A stretch of DNA of 63,276 nucleotides, filler included, from Circinaria calcarea (GCA_051942165.1; 18 parts of 18 records of this genome joined end to end with filler, not necessarily neighbours in it), one strand, 5' to 3'. Positions 25,951-38,770 are shown, counted from the whole stretch's first letter. A program made the numbers and translations. Notes: a model not told the origin generated them from the sequence alone.

Positions 25951-27467
25951 GTGTTCCTCCTACTGTTCCTGGTCCCGTATCGGGTGACTCTTCCATTCCG
26001 CTAGTATCTCTTCACGTACGCATACCTAGTCTCTTTACTCTTCGATCACCATCGGTGTTCCGGAGCGAGGAGATAACGATGGGAAACCAGATGGGTTCGC
26101 ATGGTATTCTACTATCCAAGTGCACTTACCTGACGAGGAAGAAATCGGTAAAACGAATAGAACCGAAGCTGTTGATAGTCTACATTCTTCATGGCAGCAT
26201 TTCTCCTAAGTGACTGCTCTTTCCACCACGATCGCTACCATCATCTGTCTAGGAGCAAGCACACGGCAGTCCTCCATTGAACACTCTACGCTCTGTATTC
26301 GGGAGGCCATCCACAATTCCGATGCTTCCAACCATCTTCCTGGTCAGTTGCAGGAGTGCGGCTTTCTTCTCGTCTACCTGAATCCCGGCACTGGCTGGAC
26401 ACCCTCAAAGTCATACTGGCTACCACGGGATATCTATTTGGATTTCTCGGGGTTTTCTGTTTTGACAGTCTTTCCCAACGGTCTAGTTAGCACAATCATG
26501 TTCGCGGTATCCATCTCGCTGTACTCGAGGCAGATAGCACCAAATCTCCGCGAGCTATCAAACAACAATTCAATGAACCCCACTTCTTTTCTCATGACAA
26601 AACAATGCACTCCACCGTTCCAATGTGTATTATCTCCCTACCTAACACTCCCTGACCCTAATCTTCCACCCGTCCTCCCCATCACGCTCCAAGCCTCACC
26701 TCCCCCTCCCTCTCCCATTACGCTCAAAGCCACGCTTCTCGCCTCCATAAAGGAACTTATCCTCAAGCTTTTTTCCCCCCCACTTCCCCTCCGCGTGAAT
26801 ATAGATTACCCAATGCCATACCATGCCACTTATTTCCCCTACTTATCCAGGAGACGGGATGGTATTTGTAGAGGAAAATATCCCACATTTCCCCTCTTGG
26901 CAGGAGCGAAAGCGTCTTTGCCAGGGCCTATTCATTCCCATTCCTATTTCCCATCCCAATCATCACAAACTGATGCATTTGTTCCATCAAGCGTGAAGTG
27001 GAGCCATCCCGTGCGCTTAGCAAACCCATAACTCTAAGGCCTTCCCCCCCCCCCCCACACAAAGTACACAAGTCCCTCACTCTACCCATCTAATCCAATC
27101 CCTTTCGATTCGAGGGCCGCCAGATTCATCTTCGTCAATTCGCAGTTTACCTAGTCGAGGAAGCGAGTGAAGTTCTAAGTGTAATGGCGCAACCCGCAAG
27201 GCTGTGCCAAGAGGTATGAACAATACGCGCGTCGGGGGTATTAACAGTACCAGAGATCCCTGAGCTATGCCGCATCCGGCCGAATACCGCATTTTCCCCG
27301 CATTCCACCTACCATTTCAAAAAATCATTACTCCACCAATATAGCCTCAATTAATTCAATTCTTACAGATCTAAACGCCCAATTACACCCAAATATATAA
27401 ACCACCGCCAGAAAATACGGCCTGGTCGAAAACATTCTAAAAAAATACTAAAAAAATTAAACTATAT

Positions 27468-27831
27468 TGTTATGGCGTGCCCGCCCTGACATGCGCTAGA
27501 CCCGGTTGGGGTAGGACCACGGGTCGGGGGAACCTCCACCGTAGGAATGCTCAAGGTGCTCATGGCGCTCATGAGGGTGAGCAGGGTGAGCAGGGTGAGT
27601 AGAATGCTCGGTATGCTCATGGTGCTCGGGAAGGTGAGTACAGTGAGCAGAGTGTTATATATAGTAGGCTATTCCCGCTCTTTAGAATAGCATGTTTATA
27701 GACCGTGTTCAATAGACTCTATATTATTAAGCCTAGGGCAATAGTTCAACTACACCCTATATAACCGTGCTATCACCAATCGAGACTTAACATATTCCTT
27801 ATTAGGCCTCAAGGATTGCAGCGCCCTTACA
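27468..27831. mobile_element. Solo LTR (364 bp), copy 2
   Basis: TGTTATGGCG...CGCCCTTACA with a perfect 5-bp TSD TATAT (27463-27467 and 27832-27836). Homologous to 14815-15194. Confidence 0.88.
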
Positions 27832-28109
27832 TATATCTCGCCAAAATATTATTTCCGAATATCTTCAATAATTTATTAATAATTAAAAAAAAATATTAAT
27901 AGGCTAAATTAATCGCCTAATCGATCGAGAAATACCTCCGATTAATAGAATTATACGGAATTTTATAAAAAAAATACTGAACGGTTCTATTGAAAAGAAT
28001 TAAATAAAGAGTTTTATACGGAGATATAAAAAAAAGCTTATAAACTTATATCTACGCAATATTAATAAAATTGTTGAACTTTTGGAGTCATTCAGAGCAG
28101 TTTATGGTG
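27832..28109. repeat. AT-rich, probably RIP-degraded repeat relic hosting the solo LTR
   Basis: Very low GC and TpA-rich sequence on both sides of the LTR (27430-27467 and 27832-28109). Confidence 0.5.
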
Positions 28110-28892
28110 NNNNNNNNNNNNNNNNNNNNNNNNNNNNNNNNNNNNNNNNNNNNTTAATTAATTAANNNNNNNNNNNNNNNNNNNNNNNNNNNNNNNNNNN
28201 NNNNNNNNNTCCCGGGCGTTCATACCCGCCGCCGCCGCCGAAAAAAAAGGGAACTTCGTCGTCAACTTCCCCCCGGCCAGCGTTAAACCGACAAAGATAA
28301 ATTCAAAACACCGCCCTCCCTCATAGGAAGGCTAGGTGGGATTAATGCCCAAATATATATATATATATTATATTCCCCGAGATGAGCGTGAGTGTAAGGA
28401 TCCTCTACGAATGGTATAATGATCTTACGAATAAGGGTCAATAAACTGTGTGATAATGAACTCAATGGTTTCGCATAGCGTATGAATTATTGCTAAAGAA
28501 TTCTGGTGTAATATTTCGCGAGGAAAACCCGTCTCGCTAAGCTAACACCCCGTGCCCTCGGTGTATAGTTCACCCGTTAGGGTTCGTAAGGGTTCTCGGG
28601 TAGAGCTCTTTCATTTTTAATTGGCTCTGCACGACGAGGAGTTTATAGCTACGGTTTATTTATGGAATTTATTTAAAAAAAAACTGATTTTGGCACCAAA
28701 TCAAAGGGGCGAAAGAGGCTATGGTGAACCCCGAAACGATTTCAGGCCATCTGGCCGTAGATTATATGCGGCACGCACGTCCAGAACATATAATAACTGG
28801 CGTGGCCGTTATAGTCTCCCACGATTCAACTCAACCTTTCACTTAATTTCTAACTTTAGCGGCGCGACAATTCTCGAAGGCTATCATTCCTT

Positions 28893-30871
28893 CTACCACA
28901 TCATAATGGCAGCTGGGACCTGCGCGCTGATAAAACCTAGCAGAACTTTCCATTGCAGGCTGAAAGCAACGGCAAAAGCTTTCAGCACCTGCTCCCGCAG
29001 GGGATGTGGTAGCACGCTAATTGCAACCGTCGATTGAAGAATGCTGGAAAGCTGATCAGGGGGGAGCATCGAGGCGAGCGCAGGTCGAAGACTACTATTC
29101 AGCACACTTGTGATCACCCCAAGGCCAACGGCTCCCCCCAGATACCGGAATTGCGTGTTGGCACCCAAAGCTGGGGCTGCGAGGTCAATTAGCAGGACTG
29201 TCCGGGCGTCTTTGAGGAAAGGGTATTTACATACCGATATATTTTCTGGGTACCACAAAGGGGACAGAGATGGTCGATATCGCGTTGCTGATACCGGAAC
29301 CGGCGCCTAAAATGACTTGAAAGCCATATTCTGAGGGCTGGATATCAGCAGTATCTGTAAGAAGAGCGAAGTTAACTGCGCCAACAAGTTGAAGAGCAGT
29401 GCCTATTAGCAGCGCGTATGTAGGTTTGATTTTGAGCTTATCCGCAAGACCGGCTCCGATTACAGCGCCGACTGGGACCATGACAATATACGCTAACAAT
29501 CTGACCCCAGCGTTGAAAGAACTCAGACCATTGAGGGCTTGAAAGCGCTGGGGGATTTGGATGACCGCACAGGTGAAGGGTGCACCTATTAGGAAGGAGC
29601 TCCTGATAAGAATCATTAAGCTTTCATGATGTAAGAAAGGAACGATGCTTTAGGACGTACATGAATAGCCCAAGACATCGCTTGCTAGCGAAGCTCCATG
29701 TTAGGACCGGCACACTAGTTTTCTTATATAGAGTGATGAAGCGTTCCCAAAGGGTGAATGCTGTAAGTGAAATACCCGAGAGTACCAGAAGAATGATGAC
29801 AAGTGCAGAGTTCCAAGCGTAGCTGACATTGGCTTCTTGTAAAGCAGCCACGAGGAAGATGGATGAGCCAAGGAAAAGAAGAGCTCCAAGCAAATCCAGT
29901 CTTCGAACTGATGATACCTCATTCACGATACGCTCATGTGGGCTCCTATGGTATGGAAAGAACTTCGGAATAGCAGTTGTATCGATGATTAGTGCCATAG
30001 CTCCAGCAGGCAGGCTAATAACCATCAGCTTACGCATTGAGCTCGATAGTCGACCTATACTTCAGAAAATATATCCATCGCCAGGTTGAATGGCCGGTTA
30101 TAGCACCTCCCATCAGAGGACCAACAGAGAACGCCAGAGCGGTTACTGCCGAGACAATAGCAACGTATTTAGGGAAGTCGCCTGGGGGAACGGCTTCCGA
30201 AATGATGACCATCGCCATATTGTACATGCCTGCGCCGCCAATTCCCTGGAATGCACGGAAGATGATCCTGCTTGAGGTTTAGCTTTTGAAAATATCGGAA
30301 GCTTTTCCAGCTCTGAGGTGGACTTGCAGCTGTAATGCCGTCTGCGCCCCTCCGCATGCGGCAGAAAAGACCATAAAGATAATTACTGCTATGACGGTGA
30401 ACAACTTTCTTCCGAGGACGTCGCTGAACTGAGCCCATATGATTAGGGACCCTAGTGCCATCGTTAACTCGGCGAAAGGATCCCAAACATCTGACAAATA
30501 AAAATCTTACCCGTATATGTCAGCAGATACGAATTGATAACCCAAGTACTCTCTCCAAAGATCTGTAGGTCGTTCGTGATAGATACCAGGGATGTACTGA
30601 CAATGGATATCTCAAGAGTAGCGAGGAACAGCCCCATAAAAAGGTTGTGCAAATCCTTAGAAACACAACTCTGAGTTTGGCTTCGAATCGAAGATGCTCA
30701 CCCTGTAACGCTCCAGTAGAGCCTCCAACCCTCCAGATATGAGTCCGGTAAATGCTGCGGTATCGAGGACGCCTCATGTCCTGAACTCACCGACTCAACA
30801 TCTTGGACGGGGTGCTCCGCTTTCTCCTCTGATCGCATGGCCGGCGAGCCACCACTAACAGAATCATCCAT
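28893..30871 (-). CDS. MFS drug:H+ antiporter (DHA2, 14-TMS type), spliced
   Basis: MDDSVS...YLEGWRLYWSVTG, LFLATLEISIVSTSL, WVINSYLLTYTG, SDVLGRK, RAFQGIGGAG, GPLMGGAI...WRWIYFLNLP, RLDLLGA, QFRYLGGAVGL. Multiple GT-AG introns. Confidence 0.92.
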
Positions 30872-33074
30872 TCTCAGATACTGTCTGGTTTCAAGGGATG
30901 GGTGAGATGTACAGTTGATGAATCTAGCAAAGAGAAGATACTCTCCAAGCTAGAAAGCAAGTAGCCCTAACCAAGGCAGTAGTCTCAAATAAAGGAGAAG
31001 ACGGCTCGGCTTTTGCTGCTCCCACACCTATCAACTCTGCTAGTCAACTAGGCACCACGGACCACCAACCCCGAATGTGCTGCTGCAGTGTTAACAAATA
31101 ATTAAATGTGGACATCAGAATGGCTCTCATAACTATGGCACGACTTGCGCGAAAGATTGCGTCGCAGATCCGTAACCCCGGGTAGTTCAATGCGCCATAA
31201 TCTGGCCATGACTCGCAAGAATGCCTGATGCCCCACCACCAGGCACCCAAAATGTACGGAGTGCCAACGTAGGAGGGATTCGGGAACGAATAGTCCCTCT
31301 TGTGCCGGAAGTTGCACATCATTCCCGGGCAGCATGGATGCGAGAAGCCTAGGCTAATGAGGTTTTGCATGGCCCACCCACTACATGTATGCCATTGATA
31401 GACTTGACTCACTACGCTGCACTGCAACTGGGATGTTCGGACAATGCGGCATTTGTTTGGCGAAGTTGCCTGAAGGGTCCATAGGTTTCATTGGAAGAGC
31501 TCTTTGGAAGGAGGAGCGGCAAGAACACAGGACCTTGATGAAGTTAATATGCCCGGAGCATCCGCCGCTCTGACGCTCCAAGGTAATGTCGCGGGGCATT
31601 TGCAGGCTGGGGGAGGGGGGGGGGGGAATTTTTNNNNNNNNNNNNNNNNNNNNNNNNNNNNNNNNNNNNNNNNNNNNTTAATTAATTAANNNNNNNNNNN
31701 NNNNNNNNNNNNNNNNNNNNNNNNNNNNNNNNNTACTGTAGAGTACTGTTGAATAGGAGATATGCCAGTGTGTCTATGTCAATCCTTGTTCAGTGACTCT
31801 AAGATCTTTCCCGCAGTAAGAAGGCGGGAAATCAACGTTGAAGAGTGGTCCAGGAGATCAAACCTGCGAAATATGTAAAGTCTCACTGATGAGGGTGGGT
31901 TACGCCATAGGGCATATAGTTTCCACTGGTTCCGTGCTTATGCAACGCGTGGTTGTCGACTTTGTGGCATAGATTCATCAACCTGTCCTAGACAATTTCT
32001 CTTTAATTCGCTACAGCCAAGCGAGGGCCCACCGAAGCGCCTTCAGAGTTCTTGAAGTGTGTAAAGTTTGGTTTTTTCTTCTCTTCATTAATGCAACGCT
32101 AGGTTGAAGATCTGGGCTTGATTATAGGCAGGAGGATACTATTTATTTATATCACCGTCGCAGGCGACAATAATAGTCGTTTTGTGATCTGGAAAGACAT
32201 GGAATAGCGAGACTTGGTACAATGAGTATGCAAGGGTATCTGTAGGTTGTACTCGCGACAGTTGATTGTAAAATAGGGGGCGGCTGCTACTGTTGAACGA
32301 AGGCATATAGGCATGCAGAATGTGAAGGTTACTTGTACTTCCATGTGTACGCTGCTCGCCTTTTACGCAATTAGAAGCAACACGCCACTAAGCCTAATCG
32401 GGTCTACAGGGTGACTTCCAACACTCGGGGGTGTTTTTTGGATATTTTTGGTAAGAAAACTGTTAGTTATAGAAGCCAATAGAACTCATTAGTAAAATCC
32501 TAATGCTTACTAGTAAAACATATCCAAAAACAAACGTCTACTTCACTCAAATCAAGGCAAATATAAATATAACGAGCCATCTCCGGACAGTACGCTTTGA
32601 CCAAAAGTTTCGTACTGTCTGCTCTAATCAGCGCAGGGGTGGAGGGGGCACACTTGGATGAGAGACCAAGTCGGTCACAAGCAATGAGAACATGCAAGGT
32701 TGCAAGAACTAGAGGGGTTAGGGACCACAACTTGGAGAAACAGTACATGATACAAACCCCTTTGGTCAAAAGAGACGTGCACGGGCAATAGGTACATGGG
32801 TGACCAGAATTACTTTTTTGGATTAAGCCTATTGGTAAAACTAAGTACAAGAATGGTACGGCACACGGGCGTCAACGACATAGGAATACCTATGCGGACA
32901 GCCAACAGTGGCCCCGGACTCGTCGAACTCTCAACCCCGACGATAATTGGCATGAAAGCCCAGAAAGAACGCCCCTAGTAACCTCATTGCCGTTGTCATG
33001 CAATATGATACAGGTTTCAGGTATCGACAGACATAGAATCCGGAAAAGGCTCTATACAAACCACTCACTCACCC

Positions 33075-33995
33075 TTAGTTTAAAAACACTACCGCGACGA
33101 CAGCACTCAGCACAAACGCCAGCGAACTCCCAAGTCCCGCTGCACCAGCCGTGGTGCTCGCAGAAGGTGAGCTACTCGCATCTGCTGCTGATGGGTCCGT
33201 GGTCACAGCAGTTGAAGTCGAAGTTACGACGGTGAGACTGGTATCGGTGGTTGCGCTGAGTGTTTGGCTGGAGAAGGTCGTATTCCTCGGAACCGAAACT
33301 GTGCCTGTACTGGCGGAGCCAACACCGGTTCCGACGATGGTAGTTGTCGTGATTACCAGAGACTGGCTGGAAAGAAGAGTCGACAAGGTACCGTTCAGGG
33401 ATGAGAGCAGGGCGCTGACGGACGAAGCCGAGGCAGACAACGGAGAGAGAGAGGTGGTAGTGGATGAAGGGACCACGACTACGGTAATCGTCGAGGAGGC
33501 AGAGCTTGCCGAGCCGGTAGTCGTGGAGGAGGGAGAGCTCGTGGCACCGCCCGTGAGCGGGAATTGACCAGAGAAGTTGATGTTGTCTTGGCCTTGGGCG
33601 ATCTGGAGAGCATAATCGTCCGCGTTGGGAAGGCTGGGAGAGGGAGTCCATGTGTAGGAGTCTCCCATGGCGTTACCTGAGGAACGGAATTCAGCATTGG
33701 AAAGGGAAGCGTACTGATACTGAAGAACATTACCTGTGATGATTGCAACGGTGGCAAGATTTGCAGCATCTCCCTGGCGCAAAGTAATCGTCACAGGCTA
33801 TGGTACAATTAGCTAACTGGACGATGCAATGGAAGTTGAAACACTCACGGCTGACGGATCACCGCCTGCCCACCTGAGAGTAGTGGGACTCCCGGCAGTG
33901 ACTGCAGGTGGGGTCTGGGTGAAAGCGATTCTCGATTGGGCCAGAGTTGCTACGACGAAGGAAGCACCGGCGAGAAGAGCCTTGCAGAAATGCAT
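33075..33995 (-). CDS. Ser/Thr-rich GPI-anchored cell-wall protein (Kre9/Knh1-like N-terminal domain)
   Basis: Signal peptide MHFCKALLAGASFVVATLAQ, then TLRWAGG, VTITLRQG, YTWTP...YALQI...NFSGQFPL, an S/T-rich stalk and a hydrophobic GPI tail. Intron at about 33848-33799. Confidence 0.9.
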
Positions 33996-35054
33996 TGTGA
34001 TGATGCTCGATTGAAGAGGGACTTCTGTTGTGGAAGAAACGAGTCCTGGAGTTTTTTCGGATTGATTGATTAAAGAGTAGTAGCAGTAAGCTGATGCGAC
34101 TGAATGAATGTGATGTCTGGCGGAATTAGCTACGAAGCGTACAAAACCCGAATGATGCTGATGACAGTTGAAATACGGAATGAGAAGAAAGGAAGAGAGG
34201 AAAAGGGAGGAGGAGAGTGTGGGAAACAAAACATACAGCTCTGCTAGTGCAAGTGCTGGGGATGCGCGATGCTTGGGGGAGGATGGCTGTGAAATGAGTG
34301 GTTAAAGCTCCGGGTTCCGATAATTAAGCTGGGGATGCAATGGGGATGCAATGGGGATGGCGGAAGACTGACGAGATTAAATACGGATAGACGGTACTCG
34401 GGCGAATCAGCCAACGCCATTTCCCTCTCGAAACGCGACTAAACGGGGCAGTCACCGTTAGTTCGTTCGCTGTCGACAGGGATCGTCCTCGTATCCCGTC
34501 CCGCAAGTGGAGACCCCAGGGTTGGGAAGGCGTAAGCGACTCATCATTACCAGAAGGGTAAGGTAGGATACAAGGGCTAAAGAATGAAATAAGAATAAAC
34601 TCGAATGGGACAGCAAAGGAAGTCGTTTAGCAGACGAAAATCCAACCCCTTTTCTGCCTTTGGGCTGATTGGTGATCTTTTTGCCCCTCTATAAATGGCA
34701 GGCACAGGCGAAAGCGAGGCTATATCCTCTGCCTTCTTTCCACGAGCATGATGATCCACAGGCTAAAGATAGACGTTGACTTGGATGGGACTCATCAGAA
34801 CCGTAAACCGGTGAATGCTCCCGTCTCCCTTTCCCGACGGTTACTTCTCATTCCGGTGACGTGCCCACAGACCATCCTTCCGGTGTAAATTTCCGTATAG
34901 AAAATGCGTCGAGGTTGGACGTTGCGCATTCTTTGACGAGGGGAATCTTCCAGATCCCGGACATGAGGTGGTTCTATTCAAACGACAACAAGCTCTAACT
35001 AACGTAACCCGAAAACTCACTGTCCCAAAATGCCTCCACCCCCCAACCTCCCCG

Positions 35055-35152
35055 ATGTCAACCACAGCTATGCCCTCCCCGTCCCAGGAACCGGCACCGG
35101 TCTCTTCGCAAGCCACGATATCGCCCCCGGCGACCTTGTCATCCGCGTCGCC
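35055..35152 (+). CDS. Possible 5' end of an unidentified gene
   Basis: ATG followed by a P/S-rich open frame (MSTTAMPSPSQEPAP...) running into the contig edge, divergent from the GPI gene. Confidence 0.3.
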
Positions 35153-35252
35153 NNNNNNNNNNNNNNNNNNNNNNNNNNNNNNNNNNNNNNNNNNNNTTAA
35201 TTAATTAANNNNNNNNNNNNNNNNNNNNNNNNNNNNNNNNNNNNNNNNNNNN

Positions 35253-36022
35253 CATATTTCGTGGACCCCTCGACACCTGGTCTCGGTTGAGTGCTCATGG
35301 AGACGGCACGTAGAGCTGAGGCTTGCTTTGCGGCAGTGGATGGCCAGAAATTCGACATGCTTGAGACCACTGGGAAGGTAAATCTAAGCTGACGTTCCGA
35401 CACGGGAAGTATTAAGAAAGATTAAGGCAATGAACTTACTAGACGCAGAAGGGTTGCGATGCCATCTGTGCTGCATATTTAGTAATAGAATATGGAATCT
35501 AGATTGATGAGCGCCCTTACCCGCATCCCCATACATGTTGTGAATGTGAAGGGATAGTAAAAGTCCCCCGGTAACCAGGTTGGCTTGAACAGCCGCAACC
35601 GGCATAGCTGCATTCACCCCATTAGCAAGCGGCCAAGCCTTAGCCATCAAGACATCGTTCTTCATAGCTGCTATCGGGAAACCGGTGCGGCGAAGTTCCT
35701 CATAGTCCCATATACGGCGGTCTTCCAGGTTGGTCCTTAAGTCATTAACCTCAACAGTCACCTTGGGATTGATTGAGCGTAGCTCAAACCTTCCAAGCTG
35801 GCTCGACTCCTTTTGGGGAACGACTTCCCCGTTGCTGAAGGGTAATTGAGACGTAGGTATACACAGGACTTCCTGGAGATTTTGGACTATGGCGGAGTGG
35901 CTTGAGCCGGCGAAGCATAGGATGACCTGCGTATAGCCAGGCATGGCTAAATGGTCTAGTGCGGAGAGCCTGCTGCCTGAAGGCGGAGCTTTGTCGTTAA
36001 TGGATTCGCGAGCCAAGGCCAT
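35253..36022 (-). CDS. Tri101/BAHD-like CoA-dependent acyltransferase, N-terminal part (possibly degenerate)
   Basis: LSALDH...ILCF, LPF.NGEVV, YEELRRTGFP, PVAAVQANLVTGGLLL followed by HIHNMYGDA at the HxxxD position. Probable intron from GTAAGG at 35520. Confidence 0.75.
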
Positions 36023-36523
36023 GTTTTACGTGGGGCTTCAAATTCGACAAAGGACGTAGAACTAGAGCCTTGTACCTGTTCTTCCGAGGGGTACACGGTC
36101 ACGTAAGGTGTCCCTGAACCGCAAGACCGAAAGAGAGAGAGTAGGACCAGAAAATGAACAAAGGAGAAAACAAAAGAGTGGAAAGTATTAAAATAACAGA
36201 AAGTTTCAATTACCCGTCAACGACATTGCCACCTACGTATGTGAAAGCAGAGAGAGGACGTCCGACATCTCTGGCGTACCAATCGCTATCGGATCGGAGC
36301 AATACTACTCGAGGAAGATTTTCATCGTCACCATTAAGGTATAATCAGTACAGAGAAGGAAGACTAACGTCAGAAACCCACCACACAACGAACTGTGCAT
36401 AAGCTGGGCTGCATGTTGTGAGATATATTGACTTTCAAATCGGGATTAGTGCCAGAAAACTAGGCGCATAAACGCGAAGCGAATACGATTATAAACCAAT
36501 CGCTAGAATTTGTTCAGAACGGA

Positions 36524-36603
36524 TTAATCGTGCCCAAGGGTAAATTTTGAAAAAATTATTTCGCGAAATAATTTTTTCAAAATTTACCCTTGGGCACGAT
36601 TAA
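36524..36603. repeat. Perfect spacer-less 80-bp palindrome bounded by TTAA
   Basis: TTAATCGTGCCCAAGGGTAAATTTTGAAAAAATTATTTCG|CGAAATAATTTTTTCAAAATTTACCCTTGGGCACGATTAA. The arms match 40/40. Confidence 0.97.
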
Positions 36604-38126
36604 GTCGGATAGACAAAATCTCTCCCCACTCTCAGCTCGACTTATCTCCCTCGCGGCGCCTCGATGATATGTTAGCTCTGTCGATCCGGAGGTTTCTCAG
36701 AACAAAGGCCTCAGGAAATCGCATTCTTTCAGGCAGCTCGGGCATAACCGGGGCCCTATTGCGTCAGCAAAGCAGCGCTTGGTCGAGATGAAACACCAAT
36801 CTAATCTCGCGGTCCTGACACCATTGTACAAAACTCGAGTGCAGCCAGGCTAGCTGTCAGATCGCTACTATTGGGGATTGAACTGATGATGGGGTAAAGT
36901 GGAATCCGATGCTCTCGGTCTCATGCCTTGAACCTAGTCAGTGAGACTTGACCTGGAGCGTCTGGTGTTGTACATTACCGATATTCGTATAGGCCTTGCA
37001 CTAGAGTCCTATGGTTGAGTCATTTGGCGATGATGGCAAGGCAGGCGATGTGGGTTTGCTGGAGCCTGACGGATGTCCTGAAAACATCAGCCTGATAGAG
37101 GTCGTTGTCTTTGAGGTGTATGCGTGCTGACCGAACACTCATGGCAAAAGAAATCACCGCCATGAAGAAGCTAACAAATGAAAGTGAGTTATTCACGGAA
37201 GAACGACAGCAAATTGTAGTTGGAGGCCTGGCAATGGAATCTACATGGATATCAACGCAAATAGAACACATAGTCTTCAGTAGCCTCCCTGGGTCTGGGG
37301 AAGCACTCATCCTATGTCAATGCAAAACTGGTGGCTGTGCTGCCTTGGAGCGGAGCTGAACGGGACCCTTGATAGAAAAGAGCATCCTCGGGAAATTCTA
37401 TGATACTGGAACTGCCGAATTGCCGGACTGCGAGCTATATCTCGTATGAGTACCTAGTTCTCCTATGGTCCTTCAAGCCTCACACATGAGGAAATATGAG
37501 GAAATAAGGGATGTCGTTGAGAGTCATGGTACGGGGTAATGACGTAGTCGTCCTCAGCCCTACCTAGCCCACCAGCCCTTTGGGAGTCGACAATTCTCCG
37601 TAACTTTGTCTATCATTGCACTCGAGGCCGTCCGACTGGGGGACTAAGGAAGCTATCAGTCTCCCTTGCTTGAAAGGAGGTGTGGCTATTGGCCCTGGAT
37701 GTATTGCTGGTTAGCTTGGATGTTATTGGTGGGGAGGGTGTGAGTGATGCGAGATCCTTAGTTTGAAGCGCCGCTGGATGGTGCTTATACTGCTTTGGCT
37801 GATGGGGAGGCGTTCCTCCAACAAGAAGTTGTGTTTCTATTGCCTAATATTTAGTTGAGAGATTGGAAGCCAATGTTTTGAACTTTGTGGGTTATGGATG
37901 GGGATGCAGGGCGTACTGAAGAGGCAAGCAGGATTGATTGAATAGGTATATGCTAATAAAGTCAATTAAATAGAACTTGGCATCCTCAATGAGGTCCAGT
38001 AGCGAGTGAAATCGACTTCTGTAACGCCATCGCTAAATGCATCAGAAATAATGCCACACAGGCCGAGATGCTTTCGAGGGGCGTTGTAATCAAGACGACG
38101 AGCCGAGGGTGGGCTTCCCCTGCAAA

Positions 38127-38670
38127 CTATAGTATCCCACCTGGGATCTTTTTCTTCAAATTCCCCAAATCTGCGGTTTTGGTCACATTCCCAACGTCAA
38201 CCTTCTTCGTTACACCATCGACATTGACCTTCTTCGTGAGCTCCCCAGTATCCGCAAGATCATCTACACCTGTAGCTCTCGTAATATCCCCGACTTGTTT
38301 CCCACCGGGGAGCTTTTCTACCTTACCAGACACTCCATTCGACTTTTTGTCTAATTTCTCTTCTTTTTTCGACGGCGATCTCTTGGCATCACCGTTCAAT
38401 GCATCGAGGTTCTCCGACTCATTGAACTCTTTGTTTCCCTTCTTCTCGTCATCTTCACCGCCCAGGCTCGTGTGTATTCCGGGAACGTCCTTTTGATTGA
38501 ACCACTTGAGAATGTAGTATGTCCCTACGCCCCATAGCCAGATAAATGCTCCCGCAAAGGACGTGATGAAAAGGGTCGGCAGAAGGACGAGTAAGGCAAT
38601 GCCGACACACACTGCCGTGAAGAGTAAGGCACCGACCACACCAATGACGAGGGCTGCAACCAGGGCAAAC
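38127..38670 (-). CDS. Promethin/LDAF1-like hydrophobic hairpin membrane protein (5'-partial)
   Basis: Long hydrophobic stretch ALVAALVIGVVGALLFTAVCVGIALLVLLPTLFITSFAGAFIWLWG followed by a charged, K-rich repetitive tail. Confidence 0.65.
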
Positions 38671-38770
38671 NNNNNNNNNNNNNNNNNNNNNNNNNNNNNN
38701 NNNNNNNNNNNNNNTTAATTAATTAANNNNNNNNNNNNNNNNNNNNNNNNNNNNNNNNNNNNNNNNNNNN

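Noticed and set aside
26210..27031. 273-aa ORF
   Set aside because: GTG start, a P/L/S-rich translation of pyrimidine-rich DNA and no recognisable motif.
28893..36022. MFS transporter plus acyltransferase as a secondary-metabolite cluster
   Set aside because: They lie on different, unlinked contigs and no backbone PKS or NRPS is present.
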